NCBI GenBank assembly: GCA_030704615.1
Contig: CM060733.1
Coordinates: forward strand, 57,102,001-57,166,000
DNA from: Takakia lepidozioides
Taxonomy: Eukaryota > Plantae > Bryophyta
Reading direction: 5' to 3'
Length of the DNA: 64,000 bases
The translations under genes and the position numbers were made by a program. The notes beneath the pieces were generated by a model. The model did not search any database. It was not told the origin of the DNA and saw only the letters and a program-made list of their open reading frames with translations. Positions 38,965-52,554 of the stretch are shown in pieces (the stretch's first letter is position 1; each line of letters opens with the position of its first letter).

Positions 38965-39619
38965 AAAACAATACCAACCATCAAAGGATGTTGCATTCGT
39001 TTCAAATTTTCCACAACCCACAATGAGGCCACAACAACTTACAAAATCCTCTTTGATCCTTGACGAAAGGGATTGTATAAGCTATTCATTGGACCACACA
39101 ACCATCAACAAGGCAAAGCATTTACGGTCCTGAAAACTGTGCCTAAAGCTAAGCATCATGTAGAGGCAGTCGTTGTGTGGCTTAGCCGTCTCCCTTCTTG
39201 CTCTAGTGATCTATGAGCGACAGGAGCTCATCATACGGGCTGCCCCTACATCAGCCACATGCCGGTCGGTTGAGAATTCTCCCTTCTTCCTTGAGGGCTG
39301 AAGTCTTGCTGAAGTCATGACATGTACACCTGGAGGCCGGTGCAGGAACCCCCTCCTCCCTGTTGAGAATGTGCACCGGTGGTGCCAGATGAAGCTAGGA
39401 CATTGCGATGAGATTAATACTATTAACGTCGTGTAGCTGGGACACCTCGATAGGAATATCAATCTGCGGCATAAAATAGGACAAGCACAGATTCAGATTC
39501 ACAGTGACAACATTGTGGAGATCACCCAAGTGACCATCTACCATAAACAAGTTCTCACCGTTTCTGGACATCTAGCTCACTTCTGTCTCTATCAATTTGT
39601 ACACAATAATAGACATCCA

Positions 39620-40330
39620 GCTAACCAGATTGATATTAAATAGATTGAACTGATCCGTGCAGACGTAGCTGCAGCCGCCTGCATCTCATTGTAGCAAAGG
39701 AGACGGGCAAATAGTGGTGGAGGGATGAGACACAGCGATGGGAGGGAAATGCTTAGAGTACTGTCATGTCCACCGCTGCTTTGACACTGCTTTGACAGCT
39801 CTGGTGTACCCTGAAAGTGTGCTCACCAGATTGATAATAATAGATTGAACTGATCTGTGTCGCTGCAGCAGCCTGCATCTCAATGGAGACGTGCAAATAG
39901 TGGTGGAGGGATGAGACACGTCGATGGGAGGGAAATGCTTAGAGTACTGTCATGTCCACGGCTGCTTTGACAGCTCTGGTGTAGCCTGAAAGTTTGCTCA
40001 CCAGATTGATATTAATAGATTGAACTGATCCGTGTCGTTGCAGCCGCCTGCATCTCAATGGAGACGTGCAATGGTGGAGGGATGAGACACGTCGATGGGA
40101 GGGAAATGCTTAGAGTACTGTCATTTCCACAGCTGCTTTGACAGCTCTGGTGTAGCCTGAAAGTGTGCTCACCAGATTGATATTAATAGATTGAACTGAT
40201 CTGTGTCGCTACAGCCGCCTGCATCTCAAAGGAGACGTGCAAATAGTGGTGGAGGGATGAGACACGGCGATGGTGCTTAGAGTACTGTCATGTCCACCGC
40301 TGCTTTTGAAAGCTCTGTTGTAGCCTGCAG
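39620..40330. repeat. Tandem array, 4 units of ~170-200 bp
   Basis: Unit ctcaccagattgatattaatagattgaactgat...ggagggatgagacacgtcgatgggagggaaatgcttagagtactgtcatgtccac...tagcctgaaagt. Confidence 0.9.
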
Positions 40331-43079
40331 GTCTGCGGCACCGACCAAGATGGTGACGTTCGGCAGAGCCACGATCAGCACCGCTGGTTTGTCGGTTAGC
40401 TGCTCGGTACTTGCTCATAGCACAATTCGCCATCGAATCCGCATATGCGAAGTTTCCCAGTCTTGCTCGGCTTCAGTTTCTGTTGGAATGGTAATTACAT
40501 ATCCTTAAAAGAAATCATCTGAATGAGCTTAAGATATATACCGTACAGAGATATGTAAGTTTGTTTTCAATGTGCAGTAAAGTAAGAATCAATGGGACTC
40601 ACATCCTGAGCCCCCTACAAAATCTGTGATATTTATGAATCTTAAGATAAATATGGAGAGTTCTACTTAAGATTAATAGCATCCATCGATTAAATTTGTT
40701 TTGAATAGCAATTGAGGTAAAGTGCAAACAAAATCTGTGTGTTCCTCATTGCTCAGGCTGCCAGCTCCCTGCCTTCTGTTTAATGGGCATCTAAAATATT
40801 TAGCACATGTTCCATGCACTGAGATCGAAAGAGGTTCTGGTTCCAGCAACTGCCTTATAAGGTACAGTTATTCACATCATAGAGGAGGGGCCATGAAGAA
40901 GCCAAAATGCCTAATTTGATTTCCCGTACAACAACGTTAACCTTAAGGTTCCTCATATAAGTTAAGAAGGATGTTAAAAAATATATTTTGCTCCAGACAG
41001 TGTCTTATTATAATTACTGGTCTAAAGATAGAATATGGGGTCCAACTAGCTAAAACTGGTAAGTTGGTCACAAACTAAATTAAATGAAGTAGAACAGGAA
41101 GGTTAGTAGTTTCTCCTGTAGCTAGTCACAGAGTGCCAGCTTCTCTGTCCCCATATAAGTTGATCTCTCGTTGAGGACACCGGAAGTGAGTGGGAGAAGG
41201 GAGGGGGCGCGTTCCACCAGGTGCGCACATGTCATGACTTGCCTGCATGACCAGCAGCTCTTCTCGCGGCTCTTTGATTTCAAGGAAGAAGGGAGAATAC
41301 TCAATTGAACGGTGTGCAGTGCTGATGACGTAGGGCGCACAGCCCGTATGACGAGTTCTTATCGCTCATGGACTTTAAGGAAGAAGGGAGACGGTTAAAC
41401 CACACAGCCACTGTCTCTAAATGATGCTTAGTTTTCCATAAATGCTTTCCTTGTTGATGGTTGTGTGGCTCAATCAATAGCTTGTAGTCCCTTTTGTCAA
41501 GGATCGCGAGCGCCTTTCTGGAGATTATGAATTCCCCGGACAACTTATAAGACTCTTATAAGTTGTCGCTGGAAATACGTAGTCTCCAGAAAGGAGCATA
41601 TTGACCCGGACAGATGAGGGACAGACCGGCTAATGTGTGGGTTTTGTGGGGGCGGTATTGATGGCGGGTTTGAATTAACTCTAGACTTGTCCACACTCTC
41701 ACAGGCTCAGTTTAGATACGTACAAGAATGTTATAGATCTAAATGAAAATGAATGATATGAGTGAAATCACATGCATGCTTATCGGAGCCACACTACATT
41801 TGCTTATCTTGTTCTAAAGATGTCACCGGTGGATCGATATTATCCCATTCATTTTCGTGTGACAGGGATATCCACTGAATTAGAGGGACATTTCAGTATA
41901 TTGAGGAGCGAGTCCCGATGCTAATCACTAGGAAAGCTATCCAGGTGCAGAAATTAGTTTGCTGGATGTTGAGGGTGTTGTGTGCACCGGTAGTGGACTC
42001 CAGATGAGGTTTAATGATGAGATTCGTCATCTCAGTGCAGCTTGAACGTCCTTACTCCCCTGACCTGTTCATTTCTAGCAAGTGAAGGGGCAGGTCTTCT
42101 AGTCTTGTTTGTAGAATCTCCTCTGCACAGCTTGTAAGCCTCATCAGATTGTGGAGAGTCCTGAGGCTTCCTGCAGGCCTAACAGTGACGACAACCACTT
42201 AATTAAGTAAGACACCTTAAGACGACAACCACCTTAAGCCTCCTGGCTCTGGCACATATACGCAGCTGGTGCTCTCTCCGCTGAGGATGGAATCCTGGGT
42301 ACGTCCATCGGTAATAAAACTCCCCATCCTACCTCTTTTGCTCATCGGTCCCGCTTTATGTCCCTGGATCTGTATGTGTTATATGTCACTCTGCTGGTCT
42401 GCTCTCCTCTGCCTGTCTTCATTCCGGCTGGTCTCCTCTTCTAATTTATTGTAGTGTCTTCCCTCGGGCCACAATAATTAAACTCTCAATCCTAGTACTA
42501 CCTATTTTTCTCCTACATCTCTCTCTATTTGTCCCTAGATCTGTATGTGTATGTAAGTATGCTCTTCCTCTGCCACCTTGCTCAATCCTGTTTATCTATA
42601 TGGATCAGTGAATTTGAGAAACTGATTGAACATCTCATGGTAGGTAAAGTTCACCCATCTACATTAATGGTGGAAGATGAAGAAAAAATGACTGACAGTA
42701 GGGAGCAGGGTACGTTCCCTCTTCCAGAACGCCACCGCCGCCTCACGTGTACACCACGACTACTTATGATTTGAGGGCACCCATTGATGACAAGGCTGAG
42801 GATGAAGATCTGCTGGCAGAGGAACCAGGCCATGCAGAAATGTGGAGAGCCAATTTGGAGATCAGCCCTGAGGATGAAGATCAGCTACTGGCAGAAAATG
42901 GAGAGGAGCTGGCAGCTAAGCCCAGAGATCATTGAGGCTAGCACTGAGGCTGCCACCCTGTTGGGACGAGAACCACCCCTTCTGGTAGGCAGTGGCACAC
43001 ACATGCATCCGAAATTCCGAAGTTACTTCTTTGGCTCATCGATCCAAGGATCCGTTTGTGTACATGCCGGTCTCCTTAG

Positions 43080-43380
43080 CTGCAACACTAGGGCGACGTG
43101 ATCAGTTCAACTTATTTCATATCAATCTGGTGAGCTGGATATCCATTGATGTGTGCAAATTGAAAGAGACAGAAGTGAGCTACATGTCCAGTGTGTGTAG
43201 ATTGGAAGAAACTCTGGGAATTTGGTTTTGGTAGATGTGACCTTCCCTTTTTGGTCCAAAATTGTGTCTTGCCGGAGCCTAGTTTGCATTTTCACATGTG
43301 ACATATTTTCCTGATACACGGGCTAGAGAAATATCCTCACGGTGTTCCTGCATGACTGAGGTGAGCTAAATGTCCAATTG
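43080..43380. repeat. Inverted copy of 44720-44990 (same repeat family)
   Basis: gatcagttcaac...atcaatctggtgagctggat...aaattgaaagagacagaagtgagctacat reverse-complements to 44886-44970. Confidence 0.75.
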
Positions 43381-44094
43381 ATGTACTGTTGTGTAGATTG
43401 TGAAGATTTACTGTATCTGTAAATCTTTGGTTTTGTAGTTGGTGGATGCTCCCAATTGTAGTGCAGTTACTGACATTCTACGCCCTTGTTATAATTTTGG
43501 ATTGCAGGAAAGATTGTTCTGTTCGTTTTCTCCCAGGTTTCGTTTTCCCCAAATGGAACCTTTGGGGGACTCAAATTTGATTGGATGATTATGATATGTA
43601 GACTCATGTACATATAAGCCGATTCTATATTTTTACATTAATATATTAGGTTGACATGATTCTTTTCACAATTGCTTCTCAATTTGGTTTTGATGCATCC
43701 AAGTATATTGGCTGGTTTTCCAGTCACAAGAAACAAGAAATGGAGGCAAACCAACAATTGTACTTGGATGCTTCAAAACTCACTTGAGAGACATATTGGA
43801 AGCTGTCCAATGGTTGGCTTGCTGGCCTTGGTTATTTGTTATCTCCTTAGGCTCAGTGTGGCTCTGTGGTTTGTCATCAATACAACCTCTCTGGGGGCTT
43901 CTTTTCTCCCTTTCTATATTAAAATTTGATTTTTTAATTTTGTTTCCAAGAAACACACCCCTGGCCCAGCAATGTGATTTTTTCTGTTTTGTTTTGAGGG
44001 AAAATAAACCCCTTTTCTAAGGAGAGCCTGCCATGGACCGAGGCATCTCAGGGGCAGAGCCCCAGACGCAAAGCAGAGAGACAGATGACAGGGG

Positions 44095-44150
44095 TTTGAA
44101 CCCCAGACCCACAGGCCAATACATGAGTGACTTACCACCGGCCCCCGGGG
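44095..44150 (-). other. tRNA-derived (SINE-like) remnant with Pol III A/B boxes
   Basis: The minus strand reads ggccggtggtaag...ggggttcaaacccc. Confidence 0.35.
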
Positions 44151-44719
44151 GCAAACTGATCTGTAATATGATTTGTTTTCCAAAATAGAAATAAAAATAA
44201 CACATTTTCTCTTATCTTACATAAATGTCTTACAATTAGTTGATGAAAACCTCTTTCAATCTGGATGGATCCAGCATGTCTTGATTGCAGTGGAAAGTGC
44301 TAAGTTAGTGAGCTACTTGAGTTAAAAACACAATCCTTTAATTAGACAGTGTGGTAGTGACGTTGGTGATGGTTGCAATCAGCACTTCTCAAAGATGTGT
44401 GGCATTCTACATGCGATGTGTGGTCAGCGAAGGCAGAGCCAATTGCAAATGGGCTCTCACATAGTCATAATTAGTGATCATCAGTCTATGTTCTGTGTCA
44501 TGAGTAGACAAGCAAAAAAGTGAATGGGAACAACAACAGCACACACTCAAGTATGTAGGCCTGCACTGCAAGTGCATCCCAGTGTGATAAGTACTAACTT
44601 AGCGCACTATAACAACAACGTCAGTTGTGATTAAGCGTCCAAGCTCCGTATACACAGGTACTGACTTATTAGATTTTTTTTTGTGTCAAATTTATGAGTG
44701 ACGATATGATGGATACACT

Positions 44720-47700
44720 ACTGGACATCTAGCTCACCTCAATATTCTGCACAAAGTAATTAAAATAGACATGTATCTAGACAATATCCAAGAAAAATGC
44801 ATGCAACTTTTGGACCAAAAAGTTAGACATCTACGTACCAAGAACAAATTTTCAGAGTTTCTTCTAAATCTACACACATTGGAAATGTAGCTCACTTCTG
44901 TCTCTTTCAATTTGTACACAATTATAGTCATCCAGCTCACCAGATTACGATTAAATTAGCTGAACTGATTCGTGCCCGATCCGTGCTGACGTCGCTCCAT
45001 CGGCATGCATCTCGTTGTAGCCAAGGAGACCTGCAAATAGTGGTATAGAGATGAGACACGTCGATAGGATGGAGATGTTTAGATCGAGTAGTGTCATGTC
45101 CACCGCTGCTTTGAGAGCTCTGGTAGCCAGCTGCAAGTTTGTGCACAACTGAGATGGCTACGTTCGCTATGCTGAGCCACTATATATATGTCAGCGCTAG
45201 TTTGTGCAACGTTTCCGTCTACAGATGCAGATACCTACATCACTCAGTGAACTCCTTGTGTATCTCGCTTCAGGTACCTAAGGCTATGCGCACTGCAAAT
45301 CTTGGCAATTTCTTCCAATCTACAAACAGTACCGGACATCTAGCTAGTACACCTCAGTCTCTTCCAATCTGCAAACATGATGGACCTCAGATCAACTTAT
45401 TAGTTGAATATCACCTGGTGCTTTTTACACCGTGCGGATGTTGCTCTCGCCCGTTCATCTGGAAAATATCTGAGGAAAACGCAAGGAAAATGCAAATTAT
45501 AGAGGCTCTGGAAGACACAATTTTCGAGCAAAAAGGGTAGTTCCTTCCAATCTACATGCAAAAAGGGTAGTTTCTTCCAATCTAGCCTGAACGTTTGCTC
45601 ACCAGATTGATATTAATAGATTGAACTGATCTGTGCAGACGTCGCTGCAGCCGCCTGCATCTCAAAGGAGACGTGTAAATAGTGGTGGAGGGATGAGACA
45701 CGTCGATGGGAGGGAGACGCCTAGAGTACTGTCATGTCCACCCGCTGCCTTGACAGCTCTGGTGTAGCCTGAAAGTTTGCTCACCAGATTGATATTAATA
45801 GATTGAACTGATCTGTGTCGCTGCAGCCGCCTGCATCTCAAAGGAGACGTGCAATAGTGGTGGAGGGATGAGACACGTCGATGGGAGGGAAATGCTTAGA
45901 GTACTGTCATGTCCACAGCTGCTTTGACAGCTCTGGTGTAGCCTGAAAGTTTGCTCACCAGATTGATATTAATAGATAGAACTGATCTGTGCAGACGTCG
46001 CTGCAGCCGCCTGCATCTCAAAGGAGACGTGAAAATAGTGGTGGAGGGATGAGACACGTCGATGGGAGGGAAATGCTTAGAGTACTGTCATTTCCACCAC
46101 TGCTTTGACAGCTCTGTTGTAGCCTGTAAGTTTGCGTACAACGACACACCGACCAAGATGGCGACGTTCGCTTTGCTGAGCCACGATCAGCAGCGGCTGG
46201 TTTGTTCGTTGTAGCTGCCCAGTAGCTGCTCACCACATGTTCTCCATCGAATAGCTGCATCGAATCTGCATAGGCGAAGTTCCCCGTCTTGCTCGGCTGC
46301 AGAATGGTCAATGGGCTTGATGTGGATCAATCCAACCGTTTTGTTGTTGTTGTTTTGTTTTGTTGCAAGTTCAGTAGTGAAAGCAACTAATTACATATCC
46401 TTCAAAAGAAAGTATTTGAATGAGCTTAAGATATATACCGTACAACACCAGCTGTAAGTTTGTTTTCAATGTGCAGTAAAAAGGATCCACCCTGAGTGGG
46501 GCTCACATCCTGAGTCCCACTACAAAATCTATGATATTATTTACATTTACTTTAATATTTCCAAACTGTTTTAGTTTGCTGAGCCATGATCAGCGCTGGT
46601 TTGTTGATTGTGTGATGTTTACATCTGTATCCCAGCACAGTTGTTTAATGTAAAGGACACTGGAATCAAACTTAGCCTCAACTTAGCACAATGCACGTGT
46701 GTTCCTTGCTCATTGCCGTTTGTATCAGAAGCCAGGATCTTCCCTTCGTTCTAGCTTGTTTATGAAGAATTCAAGTTGTGTGGTGTAATGTAACCCATAA
46801 ATTTATCATGAGTGCAGATTGGCAGACTAATTAGTGCTGATCAACCTCTACCACTGCGCCAAGATTATGAAACCCTCCGGACTAATTTAGCACAGGAAGT
46901 TACTGCAATCAAAAGCATGTTGAGATTGAAAGAGGTTCCAGTCAGCAACTGCCTTCAGAAGTTGGCCTTTACCTACACGCAGCATCACAGAGGATTGGCC
47001 ATGAAGAAGCCAAAAAGCCTAATTTTCTTTCCTGCAGATTACCTTAACAGCCCAGAAATTGTGGACTCTTGTGAAGCAAGAGTAACGGATGGTGTCACTT
47101 GAACCCCAAGGGCTACTGGTTATGTTACTTGGAACTTAACCTCATACAAGTTAACATGGAGATTAAGTCCACCATGTGTCTTTATATAATTACATGGTTC
47201 CAATGTTCTCTCATAGAAATGTTACTATGTGGGTTTCATGGCTTGGTATAAAACCAAATAAAAAAGATTTACGAAGTTGGTCACAAAATGGAGCAGAAGT
47301 ACAAGAAGGTTAGTAGACAGGCAAAACCTGCTGTACATTTTCCTTTGTGATTTTTTTGGGGCACTTTGAAGTAGAATTTACCCACTAGAGGCAGGAGCAT
47401 GGAACCCGAACCCTTGGTTCCAGTATTTTGCCATATAGGCCAATTTGTTGAACATGTTCTTGTCCCTTCGGTGAGATATCATCTAGGGTTGAAATGGAGC
47501 CAGGTAGTCATAGGGTGGAACCAGATGTTCCACGGGATGACAGCCTAGTGGAACCATGATTTGATTTGAGTAGATTGAGCAGATTTTTATTTAGCGCGGA
47601 CATGAACTTCCACAAACTTCCTACCTAGAAAGTTTCTGTAGTCAGTGCCTTCTCTGCTCCCATCCTGCAGGGACAGGGGAATGAGTATAAGAGAGGGAGA

Positions 47701-47830
47701 GGAGAAGGGAGGAGGGGGTTCCACCAGGTGTGTCATGACTTCAGCCACCATGACCAGCTCTTCTAGATAGCTATTATCTCGAGGAGGAAGGAAGAATGCT
47801 CAGTGAAACTAGTGAGGTTGTTGATGCAGG
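44720..47830. repeat. Diverged direct duplicate of ~39560-41340, including 3 more tandem units at 45596-46130
   Basis: Shared blocks include taattacatatcctt..gaatgagcttaagatata (40492/46389), ggccatgaagaagccaaaa (40889/46997) and gttccaccaggtg (41211/47718). Confidence 0.8.
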
Positions 47831-47838
47831 GGCACGCC

Positions 47839-49320
47839 GTTGAAATGCTACAAAGAATGATTAACAAAGGATGCACTCATATGCATGAGCTTTGTAGTTT
47901 GCTTAAGATCAGTCGTAGAAGCACACTAGTGCATTACATGTTCAACAAGAAGACAACATCACTACGCTAATCTATAGACTATGTAGATCCCACGAGCAGG
48001 AGCATGGAGGGAAAAATCCCCATTCAAAATAGTAGTCCAAGTGAAAGACAAATGTTACTAGCTAAGTCGTCTACTTGGACAGCCTGGACATATATCAAGA
48101 ATCAACTTGGCTACCAGGGAGTAAACACTAACACTAATCTTGAGATTAATCTACTTGAATATAACACTATGCTAGTGTATATTCTCAACACTCCCACTCA
48201 TTGGCTGCATGTGTTCATTGCTTGCAAGTAGAAATAATCTATCTCCTATACTCCCACTCAGTGTCTACAGACAATGTTCAAGAGGCTGCGAACGATGAAA
48301 CTTATCCGCTGGAAATGGTTTTGTAATAATATCGGCAAGTTGGTCAAGGGTATTGATATAGCTCATCTGAATGTCTCCTCGACCACGACGATGAAATTCA
48401 GGATTCTGCACAAGACGTATAACACTTTGATTGTCACTGTGCAACACCGTGGGGCTATCATGCTGATACCCGATGTCATGAAGAAGTCTACGAATCCAAA
48501 CAACCTCTTTGGCCGTTAAACAGGCTGCAACATACTTTGATTCGGTAGTGGATGATGTTTTATAAGCTTGCTTTATGCTAATCCAGGAAATTGGTCCATG
48601 GTTGAGAAAAATGAAGAGTATTTGATTCTTCTCCCCATGTATAACATAGTAGTTTGTAGAGCCTCGAAGGTATTTAAAAATATGCTTGACGGCTGTACAA
48701 TGAATCCGTATAGGATTTTATGCAAACTTTGCAATCGTACTGACTGCATAGGCTATGTTAGACCTCGATCCAAGCATGCATAGCAAACATCGGGCTACCA
48801 ACTACAGCTTGATAGGGAAAATCTTCTTCTCTCTCTGCAGCATCGTTGTCTCGGAGAAACTGTAAGTGCACATTAGGGTCAGCCGGTGTTGATACAAGAT
48901 ATGCATATGTAAAGCCGAACTTGGCTAAAATCTTTAGAATATAGTGTAGTTGATCGATGTAGATCATCCTCAGTTCCATGTTGCGTTTGATGTGAAGCCC
49001 AACGTAACAATTTGCATCTCCTGTTGTTACCTCAAAAACTTGGTTCAAGTAATCAACCATGTCTATGAGTTCATTTTTGTCTGTTGCACTCCCCAGCCCA
49101 TCATCTACAAACTATAAATATTGTTGTGACAAGCCTAGGAGGATTGGGACGACAGTAGATGCATGAATCGGTAGAACTTGCCTGTAATCCATATTTCACC
49201 AGGAAATTGTCAAACTTCGTATTCCACGCTCGAGATGCTTGCTTTAACCCATACAAACTCTTAAGTAACCTGCACACTTTAGTTTCCTGGCCAGGTACCA
49301 AGAATCCTTCAGGTTGCTCG
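47839..49320 (-). mobile_element. Truncated Copia: RT/RNase H fragments, PPT and 3' LTR
   Basis: QPEGF/VPGQETKVCRLLKSLYGLKQASRAWN, FPYQAVVGS, LHSDNQSVI..NPEFHRR, DQLADIITK. The minus-strand PPT tgagtgggag precedes TGTTGAG at 48190. Confidence 0.85.
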
Positions 49321-49657
49321 ACTTTGATGATTCCATGTCAGTAATCCAATTGAGAATTGGAAGCACAGACTTGAATGATGTACTGATAGATGGAGGCTTA
49401 GGAGTGAATATTATGACAGACCAATTAAGGCAGAAGCTTGGTCTAAGTAACATGAAACCAGCCCCATTCACAGTAACAATGGCAGATCAAAGGAGTGTAC
49501 AACCATTAGGCTTGATAAGAGGAGTAAAGATACAGATTCAGAAGATGATTTTTTAAGATCACAGTGACTGTGTTGAAAATGGATGATGTCATGGAAACTT
49601 ACTCCTTATTGCTGGGTCGACCATGGCTGAAACAGGCCAGGGTATTCCATGACTGGA
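49321..49657 (+). mobile_element. Gypsy-type aspartic protease fragment
   Basis: VLIDGGLGVNIM...PAPFTVTMADQRSVQPLGLI...YSLLLGRPWLKQARVFHDW. Confidence 0.8.
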
Positions 49658-50490
49658 TGTTAGAGGGTTGTTTGGGACTTAGACAATTTTACGGGTTCTG
49701 TGGGGTACCCTTAATTTTGCGCAGACCTACGGTGGTAGACTCAGACCAATACAGACCTTAGGGGTAACAGACACAGGCCTTAGGGGCGGTAGACAGGCTT
49801 ACACAGTCAGTCACAACCTTACACAGTTAGACACAGCTTGACACAGCCTGTCACAGTCAGTCACTGCCTTACACAGCCTATCACAGCCCGACACAGTTTG
49901 ACACGGCCAATCACAGCTAGAGAACGACATCTGCAGAGGGAACGTGCATTTTATCTTGGATCACAGTTAGTTAGTTAGGCGGTTAGAACAGCTTGTAGGT
50001 AGAATAGGCAGAGTAGCGACATGGAGGGGGTCACTTCTGAGATCACTTCTTGGACATCCCTTGAGGAGATCAAGCGGAGAGCATGATCTTGGAGCACAGG
50101 GATGGAGATTACACAGAGGAGGAGATACGACAAGATGATGCTTGATTCATGCAAGCTGTAGAAATGCACTGTAGAGCAGATTAGAGACACCATGGCTTCG
50201 GCTTGATACATGATAAATATTAATATGATTCATATTTCATATTCACGCCGTGTACAGAGATATGAGTGAAGTTGTGGAATGAATGCTTGAGTAGTTTAAA
50301 CATGGTAGATTGCAAAAGCAATCTGATACTTAATCATAGACAATAAGGTAAATTGCTAACATGAATGCGAGAAGGAATACAAATAGGAAGCACCCCCATG
50401 ATACACTAGTTGTAGGTCATAACTGATTGTCCTGAGCGGGCTCAGTACTTAGAGATTTCCAACTCTTCTATCTTGGAGTTTTCACCTCAG
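49658..50490. repeat. LTR-like segment with short ACACAG repeats
   Basis: Begins TGTTAG. acacag/tcacag motifs repeat at 49770-49916. No partner LTR or TSD seen. Confidence 0.35.
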
Positions 50491-51419
50491 ATAGCTAAGG
50501 GATGGGTGAGTAAAAGCTGCTCGACAACTTGGTCCAAACTCACCAGCCCTATAGGCGGCTATGTAAGAGGACCAAGCCGTAAAGCCGTCGAGGCCTCCAC
50601 GCCCTCGAAAGAGGCTGGGGATGAGCCTCCACTTGAGGGTGGTGCACCCAATGTTCAAGTGGACGCCACCCCACGGGCTGATGGAGGGCCCTGACTTTTA
50701 CGCGGGGAAGCGCATTCTCAGATCTGGCGCCATGTATGGGCAACTTGATCTTAGCCCCACCGCCAATGTCTTTTCCCCTTCTTCTGCAGCCAAGAGGGCT
50801 TATAAAGGGGGGGTTCAGAAGGGGGTGGGTTCCTCCTCACCTTGGGAGAAGAGGGAGGCTTCAAAGGAGGCCGCAATGAGGTGGAAGGAGGAGGAAAGGA
50901 AGAGGGAGAAAGATAAGAAGAGGGAAGAGGGAAATAAGGGGGCATGGGAAATGGAGGGGGAAGAGGAGAGGGCTACACTGGCTTTGGAGGGCCCCTTGCG
51001 AAGTCCGTCGCCAGAACGGTCAATGAAAAAGATCCTGGACCCTGGACTTTGGGGCGCCGCCTGCGAGCCTATTGGGTGCATGGGATAGGCTTCCACCCTT
51101 ATTCCGAGAGGGCGTTATGGGGGGTGCACCACAAGCGGGGATCGAGGGCAACATTGAGGTCATGGACGCAAAGGTGAGCCTCTTTCCTTCACCTTTTTTT
51201 CTTTCATTTGCCTTTCATTTTGTTTCTGATTTGTTTCTAATTTTGTGGGTTTTGTATTCAGGATCTTGGCGCATTCGTGGCTAAGCTTGTGGCAGGTAGT
51301 GGGATTGCCACCGACAAAGCAGGGGACAGTGATGGTGCCTACCCGTGGGGATGGTAAGAGGAAGAGGAAAAAATGTCGTGTCCCCGAGGTTCCCCTAATC
51401 ATCAAGGAGAGCAAGGTTG
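50491..51419 (+). mobile_element. Second fragment of the CACTA TnpA-like gene family seen at 7058-8120
   Basis: FYAGKRILRSGAMYG..SPSSAAKRA vs MYLGKHITRSGARYG..TPSSAAKAA; PERSMKKILD vs PERSAKKGLD; GKRKRKKCRVPEVPLIIKE vs GKKKRPRSPEIPFTINE. Confidence 0.65.
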
Positions 51420-51604
51420 CTCACGTCAATGACGTCACGTCAGTTTGCCGAAAAATCAGTAAAACATGAGTTAGGTGAAACATATGTCACGTAGGTGGAC
51501 ACGTTGTATTCCAAGCGACACCTTGGCAAGTGAATGAATTGTTTTATAAATTACTCCATCCGTCAATATTTGAGGTCATTTTTAAATCATTATTGTTAAA
51601 TTGG

Positions 51605-52190
51605 TGCGACCTCCAAATGGTGGTGGTCGCAGAATTTATCTTATTTTTTAATAGTTGCGACCACCAGCAGAGGGGTTGTCGCAGCATTTTTTGTTTTTTA
51701 AAAATAGATGCGACCACCAGCAGGGGTGGTCGCAATTTTTTTTTTCTTAAATAGTTGCGACCACCAACAGGGGTGGTCGCAATTTTTTTTTTCCTTAAAT
51801 AGTTGCGACCACTGCTACTGTTGGTCGCACAATTTTTATTTTATTTGTAATAGGTGCGACCACCATCAAAGGAGTGGTCGCAACATTTTTTTATTTTTTA
51901 ATATCTACGACCACCAGCATGGGGGTGGTCGCAACATTTTTCTGTTTTTTTAATAGGTGCGACCACCACCAGGGGGTGGTCGCAGCAATTTTTTTATTTT
52001 TTTTTTAAATAATCTTTGTGACCACGAGCATGGGGTGGTCGCAGCATTTTTTCTTTTTTTAATAGGTGCAACCACTAGCAGGGGGGTGGTCGCAGCAATT
52101 TTCTATTTTTTAATATCTGCAACCACCAGCATGAGGGTGGTCGCAGCAGTTTTTTTTTTAAAATAACATACGACCTGGAGCGGTCGCAGC
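51605..52190 (+). repeat. Hairpin array TGCGACCACC-n6/8-GGTGGTCGCA, 12 copies, ~51-bp period, T-rich spacers
   Basis: Copies start near 51605, 51656, 51709, 51756, 51804, 51855, 51906, 51958, 52017, 52067, 52118 and 52170. Confidence 0.9.
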
Positions 52191-52554
52191 ATTGGATTAT
52201 GATTCGTCGAGTGTGTGAGGCTTGGAAGCTGGAGGGTATATAAGGTGGTTCCATGCTCCTCACTTCTTTTGTGGCAAACACTTTTGTGGTGAGTGAATGT
52301 TCTCTATTCCTTAAGCAAGAGTGTAAGCCCAAGAGGAGGGTGCGGACCGTTTGCTGTTGTGGCTTCCACCAGAGCCACTGCAGCAAATTGTCGAAAAGCA
52401 CAATATTACATGGTGCATTGATCCACTTGGATTGATGACGTAGTGTTGGGCCATCGCATTCTGTTCTAATTTCTATTGCTCTTGACAAATCTACCAAGTA
52501 CACTAGTGTTCTTTGTTCAATCTTAAGTCTGTGGTTAGGGTTTTGGGTGTGAGG

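Noticed and set aside
51605-52190. CRISPR array (also 11617-12122)
   Set aside because: The spacers are short, low-complexity A/T tracts, the repeats are degenerate, no cas genes are present, and the context is eukaryotic.
11617-52190. One giant element bounded by the two inverted hairpin arrays
   Set aside because: Both modules point outward and no shared TSD was seen; independent insertions are the simpler explanation.
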